NCBI GenBank assembly: GCA_030705825.1
Contig: JAUZPR010000006.1
Span: 1-58,517 of the forward strand
Source: Bacillota bacterium
GTDB taxonomy: Bacteria; Bacillota; Clostridia; Acetivibrionales; JANLFN01
Direction: 5' to 3'
Length of the DNA stretch: 58,517 bases
The notes below the pieces were generated by a model. It was given only the letters and a program-made list of their open reading frames with translations, did not search any database and was not told where the DNA came from. Each line of letters begins with the position of its first letter. The stretch's first letter is position 1. Of this stretch, positions 9,723 to 21,390 are shown in pieces. A program made the translations under genes and the position numbers.

Positions 9723-10445
9723 TTAAATACTTATAATTTCCTTTTGGTCATATACCGCCTTAATTGTTCCGCCAGGCGGTACTATCAGATATTCTTCCTT
9801 ATTCCATTCACCGTTTACCAATCCCTGCAGCAGGCGCATATCGCCTCTTACCACTTTAACCCTTGCCTGTTTCTCTTCCGCAAGGGCTTTGAATTTTTTA
9901 AGGTGTTCAGGCTGTCCGGTTTCCGGCATATCTATAAAAACTATTTCTTCTTCATTTATTTCAGGGTGAAGTGTTTTCCATATGAATTGGGCATTATCTT
10001 CCCCATACTTTTCAATCAGTTCCTCAAGGGTATCGGTAAAACCGGTTTGTTTCCCGACTTCACCGCCACACAGAATGGAATCTCCTCTTTCCATATATCC
10101 TGCAGTACTCCATGACATACTTGGATTGTTTCCGAAGTAATCCAGGAATTTTCCAATGGAGCCCAAAAAAATTGTGCAGCAGTCATGAGCTCTTGGAATA
10201 ACAAGCGGAACATTTCCTGTAGTAATTCCCAAAGCTGCGTTCCCGCATAAACCGAACCCCAGCAGGATGGCATCGAAATTGTTACCGGCTTCCATGATAT
10301 GTGACTGAAGCAAATCTCTTAATGTCTCAGGCTGTTCATGGGCGCCCTTTGGCGTAAACTCAACCGAAATTGTATGGGGTGACCTGCTGACAGCAAGACA
10401 TGCTTCCCTTGTAAACACTTCACAGCAAATGAATTTCAGTTTCAT
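9723..10445 (-). CDS. DUF1638 domain protein
   Basis: ILLGFGLCGN...IPRAHDCCTIFLGS motif. Confidence 0.8.
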   Translation of the reverse strand: MKLKFICCEVFTREACLAVSRSPHTISVEFTPKGAHEQPETLRDLLQSHIMEAGNNFDAILLGFGLCGNAALGITTGNVPLVIPRAHDCCTIFLGSIGKFLDYFGNNPSMSWSTAGYMERGDSILCGGEVGKQTGFTDTLEELIEKYGEDNAQFIWKTLHPEINEEEIVFIDMPETGQPEHLKKFKALAEEKQARVKVVRGDMRLLQGLVNGEWNKEEYLIVPPGGTIKAVYDQKEIISI

Positions 10446-10480
10446 ATTTCAAGGCTCCATATGTATATATTTAGTAAACA

Positions 10481-11101
10481 CTATAATATTTCAAGCATAC
10501 CAGCGCATGAGGAAATTTGTATGTACTCGGAATTTATACCTTCTTTGGCTAAAGCTTCGGTAATTTCTTCCGATACCAGATAAATCTCATCCTTGTCCCA
10601 GATATCTTTATTTTTATTTCTGCAGGACTCCAGCTGCTGTCTGTTTCCAAATGCTATATCTCCTATAACAATTTTGCCTTTTTCGGCGAGTGACTTTTTC
10701 AATTTTTTAATGAATTGTACCTTCTTATAATCATCCAAATGGTGAATTGCATAAGTCGATATTATATAATCAAACTTTTCAGAATCTAATTCCGGCGGCA
10801 GTCCCAGATTGAAATCCCATCTGATAAATCTGGCCCCGGGCATTTTTTCACCGGCGATGTCTGTCATCTTTTGTGAAAAGTCAATTCCATAGATGCAAGC
10901 ACCGTCATTGTATAACCTATTAGTCAGTACTCCTGTTCCAAATCCTATATCCAATATTTTTGAATTCTTTTTTATGTCTACTACATCATAAATACGGTTT
11001 AATAATTGGTAGTAGCCTTCAAATGGATACCCTGATGAATTTTTGTCAACAAATTCATCGTACTCTTCAGCCCAAATGTCAAACCCTTTGTTATCAAGCA
11101 T
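10481..11101 (-). CDS. Class I SAM-dependent methyltransferase
   Basis: ILDIGFGTG motif I, IDFS, YAIHHL; AAGGAG RBS before ATG 11101, so the ORF-track start is over-extended. Confidence 0.85.
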   Translation of the reverse strand: MLDNKGFDIWAEEYDEFVDKNSSGYPFEGYYQLLNRIYDVVDIKKNSKILDIGFGTGVLTNRLYNDGACIYGIDFSQKMTDIAGEKMPGARFIRWDFNLGLPPELDSEKFDYIISTYAIHHLDDYKKVQFIKKLKKSLAEKGKIVIGDIAFGNRQQLESCRNKNKDIWDKDEIYLVSEEITEALAKEGINSEYIQISSCAGMLEIL

Positions 11102-11183
11102 TTTTTTCTCCTTTTTATGTACTTTTATGTTTGGTAACCTTAAAGCTCCCCCTGTTATAACATTCTTACATTTTAACACCCGT

Positions 11184-12524
11184 TTATCTTCTTGTGTATT
11201 TTTTCGCAATATTCAAAAGTATATCTTTCCTGTTCAATTCGGGATTGTTCAAAACATCTGCCAAAAGTTTGTCCAAAGCATTCTTGATTTTAATACCTTC
11301 CTCAAAACCTTCCCTGACAAGGTCATCCCCTGTAACGGCAAGACCTTTCAGGTCTACGCACTGTCCTTTTTCCATTATTTCCAGGTATATATCCCTTATC
11401 TCCTTTAAGGACTTAAGCCTTTCTTCCAGGAAGTCCGGGGTTTGAGCTCTTTTATCGGCTTCGTATACCTTGAGGAGTATTTCGAAAAGGTCGCTGCCTG
11501 CCCGGTTTACAGCTTTTCTGACAGATGTAGGATCGGGTTTTATATCTATATCGTGAAGCTCAACTAATTTAAGTATTTTATGAATAGATTTTGTATCAAA
11601 CCTTAACCGTCTAAGTATACTTCCGGCAAGAGCAACACTTTTAAAAGGATGCCCATAGAAATGGTCTATACCCTTTTTGTCTGTAGTCTTGACATAAGGC
11701 TTGCCGATATCGTGCAGCAACATTGTCCATCTGATTATTTTGTCCTTTTCAGCATACTGTATTGATTTGATAATATGTTCGGCCACATTATAGACATGAT
11801 AAGGGTTGTTTTGGGGCGTATCAAAGCAAGGTAAAAACTCCGGCATGATATATCCCATCAGGTTGGTTTTCTTAATCAGCCACAGTCTGTCAGGATTGTC
11901 AGATAATAATATCTTTGTAAGCTCGTCCCTGATTCTTTCAGCACTTATATTTTTTATCAAAGCTGCATTTGATAAAATGGATTCCAATGTTGATCTTTCA
12001 GCCTCAAAACAAAGCTGGGCCGAAAATCTTACAGCCCTAAGCATCCTTAAAGCATCCTCATTGAATCTTTTATCCGGTTGACCTACTGTACGTATGGTTT
12101 TGGACTGTATATCCACGGCTCCCGAAAAAGGATCCAATAAGCCTTCTTCCTTATTATATGCAATTGCATTTATGGTGAAGTCCCTGCGTGATAAATCTTC
12201 CACAATACTTTTTGTATAGTTTACGGCAGACGGATGCCTGTTATCGGCATATTCCCCATCCTGCCTGAAGGTGGTGACTTCAAAACAGCTGCCATTTATG
12301 ACAACGGTTATGGTTCCATGTTTTATACCGGTATCGATGGTTTTTGTAAACAGTTCCTTTATTTCGCAAGGTGTTGCACTGGTGGTAATATCCCAGTCGG
12401 CAGGAACCCTCCCCATAATACTGTCTCTTACACATCCACCCACTATATAAGCCTTGTGATTGGATGCCTTTAAAGTTTCAATTATAAATTCCGCATCCGG
12501 AGGTATATTAATATCAATTTTCAT
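11184..12524 (-). CDS. cca: CCA tRNA nucleotidyltransferase with HD domain
   Basis: Motifs VGGCVRD, DWDITT, RRDFTINA, EDALRMLRAVRF and LLHDIGKP. Confidence 0.92.
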   Translation of the reverse strand: MKIDINIPPDAEFIIETLKASNHKAYIVGGCVRDSIMGRVPADWDITTSATPCEIKELFTKTIDTGIKHGTITVVINGSCFEVTTFRQDGEYADNRHPSAVNYTKSIVEDLSRRDFTINAIAYNKEEGLLDPFSGAVDIQSKTIRTVGQPDKRFNEDALRMLRAVRFSAQLCFEAERSTLESILSNAALIKNISAERIRDELTKILLSDNPDRLWLIKKTNLMGYIMPEFLPCFDTPQNNPYHVYNVAEHIIKSIQYAEKDKIIRWTMLLHDIGKPYVKTTDKKGIDHFYGHPFKSVALAGSILRRLRFDTKSIHKILKLVELHDIDIKPDPTSVRKAVNRAGSDLFEILLKVYEADKRAQTPDFLEERLKSLKEIRDIYLEIMEKGQCVDLKGLAVTGDDLVREGFEEGIKIKNALDKLLADVLNNPELNRKDILLNIAKKYTRR

Positions 12525-12542
12525 ATGTAATCCCTCTTTAAG

Positions 12543-12911
12543 TTATCCCAACCTGTCTACAATTGCTCTAAGTACATCGTCAAAGCGCATGTTCCCTATT
12601 TGATCAAGCATTTTATCCAGCGTGGTTTTCTTTTTGAGCGAACCCGAGAGAAGTATTTCAACAACCTGATTCTTATCAATCAAAACTGAAGTAACTTCGA
12701 AAACACCGCCTAATAATCCGGCTATTACAAGAGCCTGTGCGGGAGTAATAATGCCCGGGCCTGCCGATATGGGTCCTGTACCTGTAATTGTATTTGATTG
12801 AGTCGACGCATCCGAATTATTATTCCCTTTCCCAGATTGATTACTCCCGTGACTTCCGAGCTGAGCCACTACTTCTCTAAACAAAGAGCTTATATTATCT
12901 ATTGAGAACAC
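12543..12911 (-). CDS. Hypothetical protein
   Basis: 122-aa ORF with GTG start and AGGGGG RBS, co-oriented with its neighbours. Confidence 0.6.
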   Translation of the reverse strand: MFSIDNISSLFREVVAQLGSHGSNQSGKGNNNSDASTQSNTITGTGPISAGPGIITPAQALVIAGLLGGVFEVTSVLIDKNQVVEILLSGSLKKKTTLDKMLDQIGNMRFDDVLRAIVDRLG

Positions 12912-12941
12912 GGAAGTCCCCCCTAAAATAAATATTTAAAT

Positions 12942-13073
12942 TTAGACAGAAGGGAAAACAGCTGGTTGAGTGGGAAAAGCTGCGGGTATGCTGTTCCCGG
13001 TCAAATACAATATAAATATAAGAGCGGTTACTACTAATAAAAGATTATGCTGTCCCTGTTCTGAAACCGGCAA
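12942..13073 (-). CDS. Small single-TM hypothetical protein (~43 aa)
   Basis: AAGGTG RBS-like sequence before an in-frame TTG at 13073; one hydrophobic helix. Confidence 0.4.
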   Translation of the reverse strand: MPVSEQGQHNLLLVVTALIFILYLTGNSIPAAFPTQPAVFPSV

Positions 13074-13300
13074 AGTAATCACACCTTTATTTCTATCCTG
13101 CAATAATGTTGAAACATTATCAAAAAAATTCGATTTTTTTAGTGTCAAATTTCCATATATAGTATTATATTAACACCAGCCCGCGTTGTTACATATACAT
13201 TTCTGAATGAGCAAGTGAAAAACAAGCTTTATATTAAGTCTGTTTCCAATTATAACACATAAGAAGCGGCACACCTATATCTTGCCAAAATACCGGGCTG

Positions 13301-13957
13301 TTACCTGAGATAAGTACTTCCGTCAAGGGGAATCAGAACCTGTAAGCCTGGCATACCTTTCATCAATCCAACTGCATATATTGTGTAATTCTTGTCTGCA
13401 TCGATTCTTATGTTAGGTACATATAAAATAGAATCCTTTCCGTCCTTTGGCCTTACATATATGGTATAAACACCCGGCGGTACGGCTCTATATCTTGATA
13501 CGCCTTTGTATTTCACATCTGAAAACAGGACTTCTCCATTAGGCTGGTAAACTTCCAAAGAAGGTGAATCGGGAACCAGATTTGCAAATCTTATATTTGC
13601 ATGAAGAGGAGAAATAGGTACTCGGACATCATCAATAGGGAGTATGTCGGGATCAGCATGCTTTCCGACAGCAGCCACTGTGTAAATCATAGCAGGAAGC
13701 AACTCAATCTCTTTTGACGAATGAGGTTTTGCAGTTTGTCCGGCCGGATACATCCTGATTGTATATTTCCCAGGCCTCATCTCCATATACGAGGTAAAGC
13801 CTCTGTACGCAAGATTTCTTGCAATAATGAGGTTATCGGCATACACATCAACTGCCGTTACTTCCGGTGAAGCATTCAGTATACGAATATAGGCGGGTGG
13901 ATCTTCTCTTGCTCCAGTTACCTGCATCTGATAATTCCAATAAGGATTGTAATACAT
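13301..13957 (-). CDS. DUF4397 domain protein
   Basis: Two repeats of the IRILNASP / IRFANLVPDSP module. Confidence 0.8.
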   Translation of the reverse strand: MYYNPYWNYQMQVTGAREDPPAYIRILNASPEVTAVDVYADNLIIARNLAYRGFTSYMEMRPGKYTIRMYPAGQTAKPHSSKEIELLPAMIYTVAAVGKHADPDILPIDDVRVPISPLHANIRFANLVPDSPSLEVYQPNGEVLFSDVKYKGVSRYRAVPPGVYTIYVRPKDGKDSILYVPNIRIDADKNYTIYAVGLMKGMPGLQVLIPLDGSTYLR

Positions 13958-14050
13958 ATTAAATCATTACCTTTCAAAAGTTTAGTATAATATAATATGA
14001 CTAAACCTCAGGCAATGTGTTTAATGCATCAATGCAAATGAAAAAAGTAT

Positions 14051-17000
14051 TTAATATGCTATGACTTCTCCATTCCAGAATAGATATATGTATTTTTCCC
14101 TTACTGTTTTCCCGGTTAGCATTGATAATGCTTTTGCGTAGTATTCGATCTGAAGTCTGTATTTTTCCTTAATAAAATCATGATTTTCGTCGGGTATGAA
14201 GTCTGTCTTGTAATCCAGAAGTATAATTTCATTATCTTCCTCAAAATAACAATCTATTGCTCCCTGCAGCAGTATTTTTTCAGATGAATAATTAGCGGCT
14301 GAAAGATCTTTAAATATTTCGGCTGCACTTATTTCGGTATTAAACGGTACCTCTCTGTATACCAAACCGGATTTCAGCATTCTTTTTCCCATATCGGAAG
14401 TTAAAAATCTTCTTATCCTGTAATTATCTGTAACTGCAGCCTGTTGAACACTTATCAGGGATTTTGCTATCATTTCCTCCAGCTGTTTTCCGATTTCAGC
14501 TTCAAGGCTTGAATTCAGCTGATTTGAAGAACTAGTTTCATTTAATACAACCGAAATCCTTTTTAAATCAAGATGCTGCATTATAAATGAGTAATAGAAC
14601 CTTTTTCTGCCGCGCTGAAACTCCTTGTTTCTTCAAGGAAAGCCGGCTTTTTTATATATGGGGGCAGAAATACCTGTGACGGTAATATATCCGAGGAATC
14701 GGCATTAAAAAGCCTCTTTATTTCAGTAACTGAAATCTTTGCCGGAATTTTTCCGGACTTGGGGTAAGGATAAACCCAATCAAGCCTTCGTTCGATTTCA
14801 GTTTTCATTTTGCTATCCGACGTCAAAGCTTGCGGAAAAGGCTTTACTTCAAATTCATCAAGAATAGCGACTGACTCAAGTAATTCATTTCTCCTCCATA
14901 CTTTTGCGTCCCATACTGATTCATCATTAATCCATTTGCATTGAGGCGTCTGCATCAGGTATCCCTCAAAAAATCCCTTTAGTCCAGAATGCCTTGCCAG
15001 GGCAGGCACAATCCAGTCCAGATAGCATCTTGCCTTAATGCTTTCAAATACCGGAAGCTTCATGTCTTCGGATTCCATATGCCTGCACCATTTTTGAATA
15101 CTTTTGGACACATTTTTTAATGATGCGGTTATTACAAGTTTTTCCCTGGCTCTAGTCAGAGCAACGTATAATATCCTCATTTCTTCTGAAAGGGTTTCAA
15201 CCTTCATTTTATACTTGATTGCCTGTTTAGCCATGCTTGGATAGGATAACCGTCTTTTATAATCAACGAAATCAGGTCCGAAGCCTAAATCCTGATGAAA
15301 CAGGATACTTTTGGCGGCATCCCGAAAATTGAACATTCTGCCGCAGCCTGCAAGTATAACTACCGGGAATTCAAGGCCTTTACTTTTATGGATACTCATA
15401 ATCCTTACTACATTTTCATTTTCACCGAGGATTTTGGCACTTCCCATATCACCGCTGCTGTTTTTGATTTTTTCTATAAAACCGATAAAGTTGAATAAGC
15501 CCTTATAACTGGTATTTTCGTACTGTCTGGCTCTCTCAAACAGAATTCTTAAATTAGCCTGTCTCTGTATGCCTCCAGGCATGGTTCCCGCATAACTGTA
15601 GTAACCGGTTTCTCCGTAAAGGTACCATATAAGCTCGTTTGTTGGTGTATATTGAGCCTTGTGTCTCCAGCTCCTGAGCTTGTTTAAAAATGTGTTGAGC
15701 CGTTCCCCAAGGTTTCGTTCCATCTCCGCTGCCATACATAATGCCTCATAAAGAGATACTTCCCTGTTTACAATTCTAATATCTATAAGCTCCTCAGCCG
15801 AAAAGCCTGCCATTGGAGACCGGAGTACGGCTAAGAGCGGAATATCCTGCCTTGGATTATCAATAATCTGCAGAAGGGATAATACCGTCTGCACCTCAGT
15901 TGTTTTAAAGAAGCCTGTATTTGTATCTGCATAAACAGGTATACCCTGTAAGGTCATTTCTTCCACAAAGACCTGTGACATACTTTTTGTTGCTCGCATT
16001 AGAATCACAATATCCTTGTATTCAACCTTTCTGTACTTGCCCATTTCCTTATCGCAAATTTCAAAGGGTTTACTTCCATTGGCTCCTGTCAGCTGCCTGA
16101 TTTTCTTAACAGCAATACGTGCTTCGCATTTGGCCGAATCGGGAGGTTCCTCCTCAGTTTCACTACTGATTGCCTGTTCAAAGGTATCCGAAACCGCTTC
16201 CATATCAGACAGTTCCGAGTCAGCCATATCGGCAAGCAGCAATTCAACGGGTTCGGAAGCAGCCGCATTTTGGTCATCTTTCGGGGGATATAAAGCCCCT
16301 GGGTAAAGGGCTTCTTTCTGGCCATATTCAATTTCACCTATATTCTTGGACATAATCTGTTTAAAAATATAGTTAATGGCATCAATTACACCTTTTCTGC
16401 TCCTGAAGTTCCTGTGAAGCAGTATTTTTCTCCTGATATCCTCTGAATTATCTGAATAGGAGTTGTATTTTTCGAGAAAAAGCTCAGGTTTGGCCTGCCT
16501 GAACCTGTATATGCTTTGCTTGACGTCTCCGACCATAAAGATATTCGGAGTACCATAAGCATCTCTTGAAATTGCAGAAAGTATTACATCCTGGATCAGG
16601 TTGCTGTCCTGGTATTCATCAATCAGTATCTCGTGAAACCTTTCCCTTAATTCAACAGCTGCTTTGGAAGGCTTGATTTCATTTCTTCCGTTTTCTTCGT
16701 TCTGGGTGGTATCAGTAAGAATTTTGAGGCATAGATGTTCAAGATCGCTGAAATCCAACAGTCCTTTATCTCTTTTTTTGCTTGTATATTTCTCATCAAG
16801 CTTGATAACGAGCTCTGAGAGGCATTTTATCATAGGATAAAGCTTGCGGTGCTCTTCGTATATATCGGATGAAGTTGCCGAGAACAGACTTTCCTTTAAT
16901 TCATTAACCCTATCCTTGACTTCGTTTCGAATGTTTTTAATAAAATCCTGTTTATCCTTATCTGCATCCTTACCGCACCTGGCAAGCCTTGTAAATTCAA

Positions 17001-17844
17001 TATTAGAGAAGTATTCCTTCAAATCATCCCAGCAGCTGTCCAAGGACTGCCTGATTTTTTCGATGATAATCATGTCACCTTCAATATTACCGGCATACGG
17101 GCTGAGTGCCGGATCTTCAGATGCTGCATCATACGCCTGTTTCAGTGAATATTGAAAGCCTTCAAACTCCATTCTTAAATCACTTTTCAGAACCTGACCC
17201 CATTTGGTTTCTCCAAAATCAGTACCGGCATCTCTGTTGAATTCTTCCGAAAATTCATCAAGCCACTTTTCAGGCCATGGATGACTTCTAACAAAATCAT
17301 AAAGCTCCAAAACCATCTCCTGAACTTTTCTGTCATCACGTCCGCTGCCATAGCTTTCAATCAAAGCCATAAAATTCTCATTCGCATCCTGCTCCTCGTA
17401 CATTTCGTCAAAAAGCTGGTCAATGGCTTCTTCTTTCAAGAGTTCAGCTTCTGTTTCTTCTGCTATTCTAAAAGCCGGATCTATATCTATATAATGAAAA
17501 TTATTCTTAATTACTTCCAGACAAAAGGAATGTATTGTTGTTATACTAGCCCTGTTCAAAAGCATAAGCTGCCTTTGAAGTCTTGCCGGTTCGGGCGACA
17601 CTTCCAGCTGCTGCGCTATGGCATCGCCTATTCGTTCCCTCATTTCGGTGGCTGCCGCATTGGTAAAAGTCACGACAAGCAGCCTGTCTATGTCGACAGG
17701 ATTTGCACCGTCCGTAACCTTTTTTACTATTCTCTCAACCAAAACTGCTGTTTTACCGGCTCCGGCAGCAGCTGAAACCAAGAGGCTGCAGTCTTTTCCG
17801 GAAATAGCCTGCAGCTGCTGTGTAGTCCACTTTTTTTCACTCAT
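14051..17844 (-). pseudogene. addA: Helicase-nuclease AddA split by a 1-nt frameshift at ~14585 (ORFs 14581-17844 and 14051-14581)
   Basis: Helicase motifs AAAGAGKT, DEYQD, SIHKSKGLEF and YVALTRA in the long ORF; nuclease motif QGAID...DYKT in the short ORF. Adding one T restores ...THFIMQHLD. Confidence 0.85.
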
Positions 17845-17858
17845 TTATGTCCAACCTC

Positions 17859-20800
17859 TCAACTGTTTCTCATACTTTCCCATACATTTTCATCTTTCAG
17901 GTCGTTCATCACTTTGTACTTATTATCCTTCAAGGAAGGATCGAACTGGCAGACCGACGTATAACTGCAGTAGGAACAAGGTGTTTCATTCTTTTTTCTG
18001 TAAGGTTTTATCTCCACATTACCACCCATCATTTCCTTTACAATGCCGGCCAGGAGTTTTCTGACATGTTTTCTCAGCAAGCTGAATTGTTCGGCTGTTG
18101 CGGCAGAGGATTTTCCAAGGACCTCTCCGGTATTCATCCTGGCAGGTATCACAAGAGATTCTCCATTTATTTCACTGTCCATATCACGCACCAGCTTTGC
18201 ATCTGCCAGTACCAGGCCTTTCATTCTAAGCTTTTTCATCAGCTGTCTTTCGATTTCCATGTCATCTATTGCGCAGTTTGCTCTTACTATGGGATCATCT
18301 ATTCTGAAATACAGGATACCACCTGGCAGCACAGGTTTTCCGCCTTGAATCTCCATTCCTGAAAATACAGCTTCCAAATAAGTCACAAGCTGCATCTGAA
18401 GTCCGTTATAAACATCGGATAATTTAAAGTCCTTCATTCCCGATTTATAGTCAATTATTCTGAAGTAAAGATTTTTTTCGGTGTCAAGAGTATCAATCCT
18501 GTCTATCCTGCCTGTCAGCGTGAGTTTTTCGCCCGAATCCAGTTCTATTTCGACCGGCGGCAGTTTACCGTTTCTGCCAAAAGCTATTTCATAGCCCAGA
18601 GGTTCAAAGCTGCCTTTTCTTATATGCTCGGATATAACCCATACTGTCCTTGTCAGAATCCTTTTTAATTTTGAAGCCAGATACCTGTAACGGGCAGATG
18701 TATTAAGTATATAATCGGGCAGACTGTTCAAAAGTTCATCAACCAGTTTGGATATTTCCTTAGTACAGGTTTCCATATCCAATCCGCGCCACCCAATACA
18801 GTCCTCCTCTATTTGGGAAGAAAACCTGTCTATTATGGTATGCATAAAGGTGCCTATATCTGGAGCCGATATCTTAAATATCCTTCTTTCACCGGCCATC
18901 AGTCCGTACTTTAGGAAATAGGAAAACGGGCAGGCCGCATAGCTTTCTATTCTGGATACGCTTGAGTACAGATTTTCTCCGTACAGCCTCCGTATCTTCT
19001 CACTGTTTATGCGAGCCGACTGATTTGTATAATTCAATCCATTGAGTGAAGTATTTAATTTATCCCTCCATTGATCTTTTTCAGCAAACCAGTCATATAC
19101 ATACTTCCAATATGAAGCCGTTTCATAACCATCTGCAGATCTTCGAAGCTCGGAAAGCAGTTCATTTAAAACAGGCCCGGGGGATGTCAGGTTTTTATAA
19201 CCTTCTTCATCCTCATAGCTTATAAGATTGCTGTATTCATTTAAAGCAGGGAAGATTCTTTTGAGTCTGGAAAGAATAATTGAAGGTCTTAGAGACCTGC
19301 CTTCATGATCGGCAATAGGATAGCTTAATCTTAAGCTTTTGGACGGTGTGGCAAAAGCAGTATAAATCAGGAACTGCTCTTCAAAGGTTTTGGTTCTGGT
19401 ATCCTGGGCCAATTCCAGCCCTTCAGAATAAAGCTTTTCCCTGTCCCTGTCGGATAAAACCCCTTCATTATTTGATACTGCCGGTAAAATCCCATCATTT
19501 GCTCCAAGTATATAAAGAGCTTTGATTTCATGGTTTTTGGAACGTTCCATACTGCCTACCTGAATCTGATCCAGAGCAGGCGGAATAAGGCCTATGCTGT
19601 ATTCGCCGAAGCCGGTGGAAAGTACATCCCTGAAGCGTTCGATATTCAAACTGTCGTCTCCCATAACTTCTACCACCTGGTCCAGCACTTCAATTAAAAT
19701 ATTCCAGACCTGGCTGTATTCATTGGCTTCCTCATAATTGCCTTCAGCCCTGAAATCCTTGATAATAGTTTCTATCCTTTCAGGAACACCTATGTCACAC
19801 AGGAAGTCAAACAGTGCCGTACACTGTTCACGGGCTTTTTTTCTGCCTTTTATCCGGGTGAAAAATACTGAAAGCGGATTAGTAACAGTTCTTCTAACCT
19901 CATTCACCTTTTTTAAAACATCAAGTTCATAATCTGAAGGCTGATGTTCGTTCAAATCCTGCCCCATCCGGTAATTCCAGTCCCCGGTCTGAAGCCATCT
20001 GCTTCCCCTTATCCCATTGGCAAGAACATAGTTTTCAAGTAAATCCGAATCTTCCAGGCATATGCTTAAAAGACCGGTTTTGATATATCTGAATACAGGC
20101 TCATAGGCCCAATTACTTATATGTATCTCCAATACAGACTGTATTAGTCTGACCAGGGGATGGCTGTCCAGGCTCCGTTTACTGTCAATGAAAAAAGGTA
20201 TTCCATATTCGTTAAACACAGCGCGTATAATCCTGTCGTAAGCTTCAAGGTTTCTGCTTACTACGGCAATTTGCCCGTATCTGAGTTTTTTGTCCCTGCA
20301 AATTGTAATGATATCCTTTGCCGTTTCCTCTACTTCTGCAAATATATTGACCGAAGCAAATAAACTGATATCTGAAGTTTTTTTATGGTATGGAACAAAA
20401 GGGTGAGAAAAAAAGTGTTTTTCGAGATGCAGGAGTTCTTCACTTTCTATAAATCTATAATTCTCTTCAAGCAGCTTCTCCCGGTCTATGACTATACCCT
20501 GGGACTCAGCTATTTTAAGCAGCTTACCGGCTGTTTTGACAGCAGGCATGAATATATCGGAATCCAAAACCTTTTCCTGCAAAATACAATCGGTACAAAG
20601 GCAAACAGTTACTCTCCCGACTTTTTTGAGCAGTTCCATAATGACCCTGTACTCCTGGGGGGTAAAGCCTGAAAACTCATCTATCCAGATTTCGGCATCC
20701 TCCAGCATATCAGAGCCTGATAATCTGTCGGCGAGTTGTGTAAGATCGTCGTCAGAATCCATGTACCTGTCCCCCAGCTTTTCTTCAAAGCTGGAATATA

Positions 20801-21287
20801 TAAGGCTTATCTCGTTCAGTTTAATTTTAAGATATTGGTCCGAAAGTTCCGTAGCCGTATCACCAAGCTTTTCAGGCGTTACGTTGTATCTCTTCAGTTC
20901 TCCTATTAAGTCCGATAATGTATTTATAAAGCCCTTTTGCTTTGCGGCTTTTGAAAACACCTTGAGCTTGTCCTTGGCTTCCTCAACTGAACGGTATATT
21001 AACATGGCTTTACCGGCTGAATTGATATGGCGTCTGGTTAGACCGCCGGTTTCGTTGAAAACCCTGTATGCAAGACGTCTGAAGCTCAGAACTTCGGCAT
21101 GGAGGGTTCCCGCATTCCCAACAAATCTCAGCAGATTACGTTCAGCCTGTAATGTATATTGTTCGGGAACTATCAGAATTAATTGGCTTTTTGTATTATT
21201 AATCCTATTACCTATTTCATTAAGGCAGAAATGGCTTTTTCCGGTACCTGCGCGTCCATACACCAAACGAAGGCTCACAAAATGCAC
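17859..21287 (-). CDS. addB: Helicase-nuclease AddB (start probably GTG 21278)
   Basis: GRAGTGKS, VPEQY, CPFSYF, GRIDRID...IIDYKSG, and the C-terminal Fe-S Cys cluster CSYC...C. Confidence 0.93.
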   Translation of the reverse strand: MHFVSLRLVYGRAGTGKSHFCLNEIGNRINNTKSQLILIVPEQYTLQAERNLLRFVGNAGTLHAEVLSFRRLAYRVFNETGGLTRRHINSAGKAMLIYRSVEEAKDKLKVFSKAAKQKGFINTLSDLIGELKRYNVTPEKLGDTATELSDQYLKIKLNEISLIYSSFEEKLGDRYMDSDDDLTQLADRLSGSDMLEDAEIWIDEFSGFTPQEYRVIMELLKKVGRVTVCLCTDCILQEKVLDSDIFMPAVKTAGKLLKIAESQGIVIDREKLLEENYRFIESEELLHLEKHFFSHPFVPYHKKTSDISLFASVNIFAEVEETAKDIITICRDKKLRYGQIAVVSRNLEAYDRIIRAVFNEYGIPFFIDSKRSLDSHPLVRLIQSVLEIHISNWAYEPVFRYIKTGLLSICLEDSDLLENYVLANGIRGSRWLQTGDWNYRMGQDLNEHQPSDYELDVLKKVNEVRRTVTNPLSVFFTRIKGRKKAREQCTALFDFLCDIGVPERIETIIKDFRAEGNYEEANEYSQVWNILIEVLDQVVEVMGDDSLNIERFRDVLSTGFGEYSIGLIPPALDQIQVGSMERSKNHEIKALYILGANDGILPAVSNNEGVLSDRDREKLYSEGLELAQDTRTKTFEEQFLIYTAFATPSKSLRLSYPIADHEGRSLRPSIILSRLKRIFPALNEYSNLISYEDEEGYKNLTSPGPVLNELLSELRRSADGYETASYWKYVYDWFAEKDQWRDKLNTSLNGLNYTNQSARINSEKIRRLYGENLYSSVSRIESYAACPFSYFLKYGLMAGERRIFKISAPDIGTFMHTIIDRFSSQIEEDCIGWRGLDMETCTKEISKLVDELLNSLPDYILNTSARYRYLASKLKRILTRTVWVISEHIRKGSFEPLGYEIAFGRNGKLPPVEIELDSGEKLTLTGRIDRIDTLDTEKNLYFRIIDYKSGMKDFKLSDVYNGLQMQLVTYLEAVFSGMEIQGGKPVLPGGILYFRIDDPIVRANCAIDDMEIERQLMKKLRMKGLVLADAKLVRDMDSEINGESLVIPARMNTGEVLGKSSAATAEQFSLLRKHVRKLLAGIVKEMMGGNVEIKPYRKKNETPCSYCSYTSVCQFDPSLKDNKYKVMNDLKDENVWESMRNS

Positions 21288-21390
21288 TCTCCAAATAAAA
21301 GATTCTAACTGTCCATTTTATTTAAGTAAAATAATGACTTTTCTATTTATATAATTATACCATATATATCGATAACCATTTTGAGTTGAT

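Noticed and set aside
14575-14595. Programmed ribosomal frameshift in addA
   Set aside because: No canonical slippery heptamer or stimulatory structure, and no precedent known to me; an indel or sequencing error is simpler.
20488-21354. 288-aa + strand ORF and the many other short antisense ORFs in the track
   Set aside because: They lie opposite well-supported genes (here addB), have no motifs or RBS, and are codon-bias shadows.
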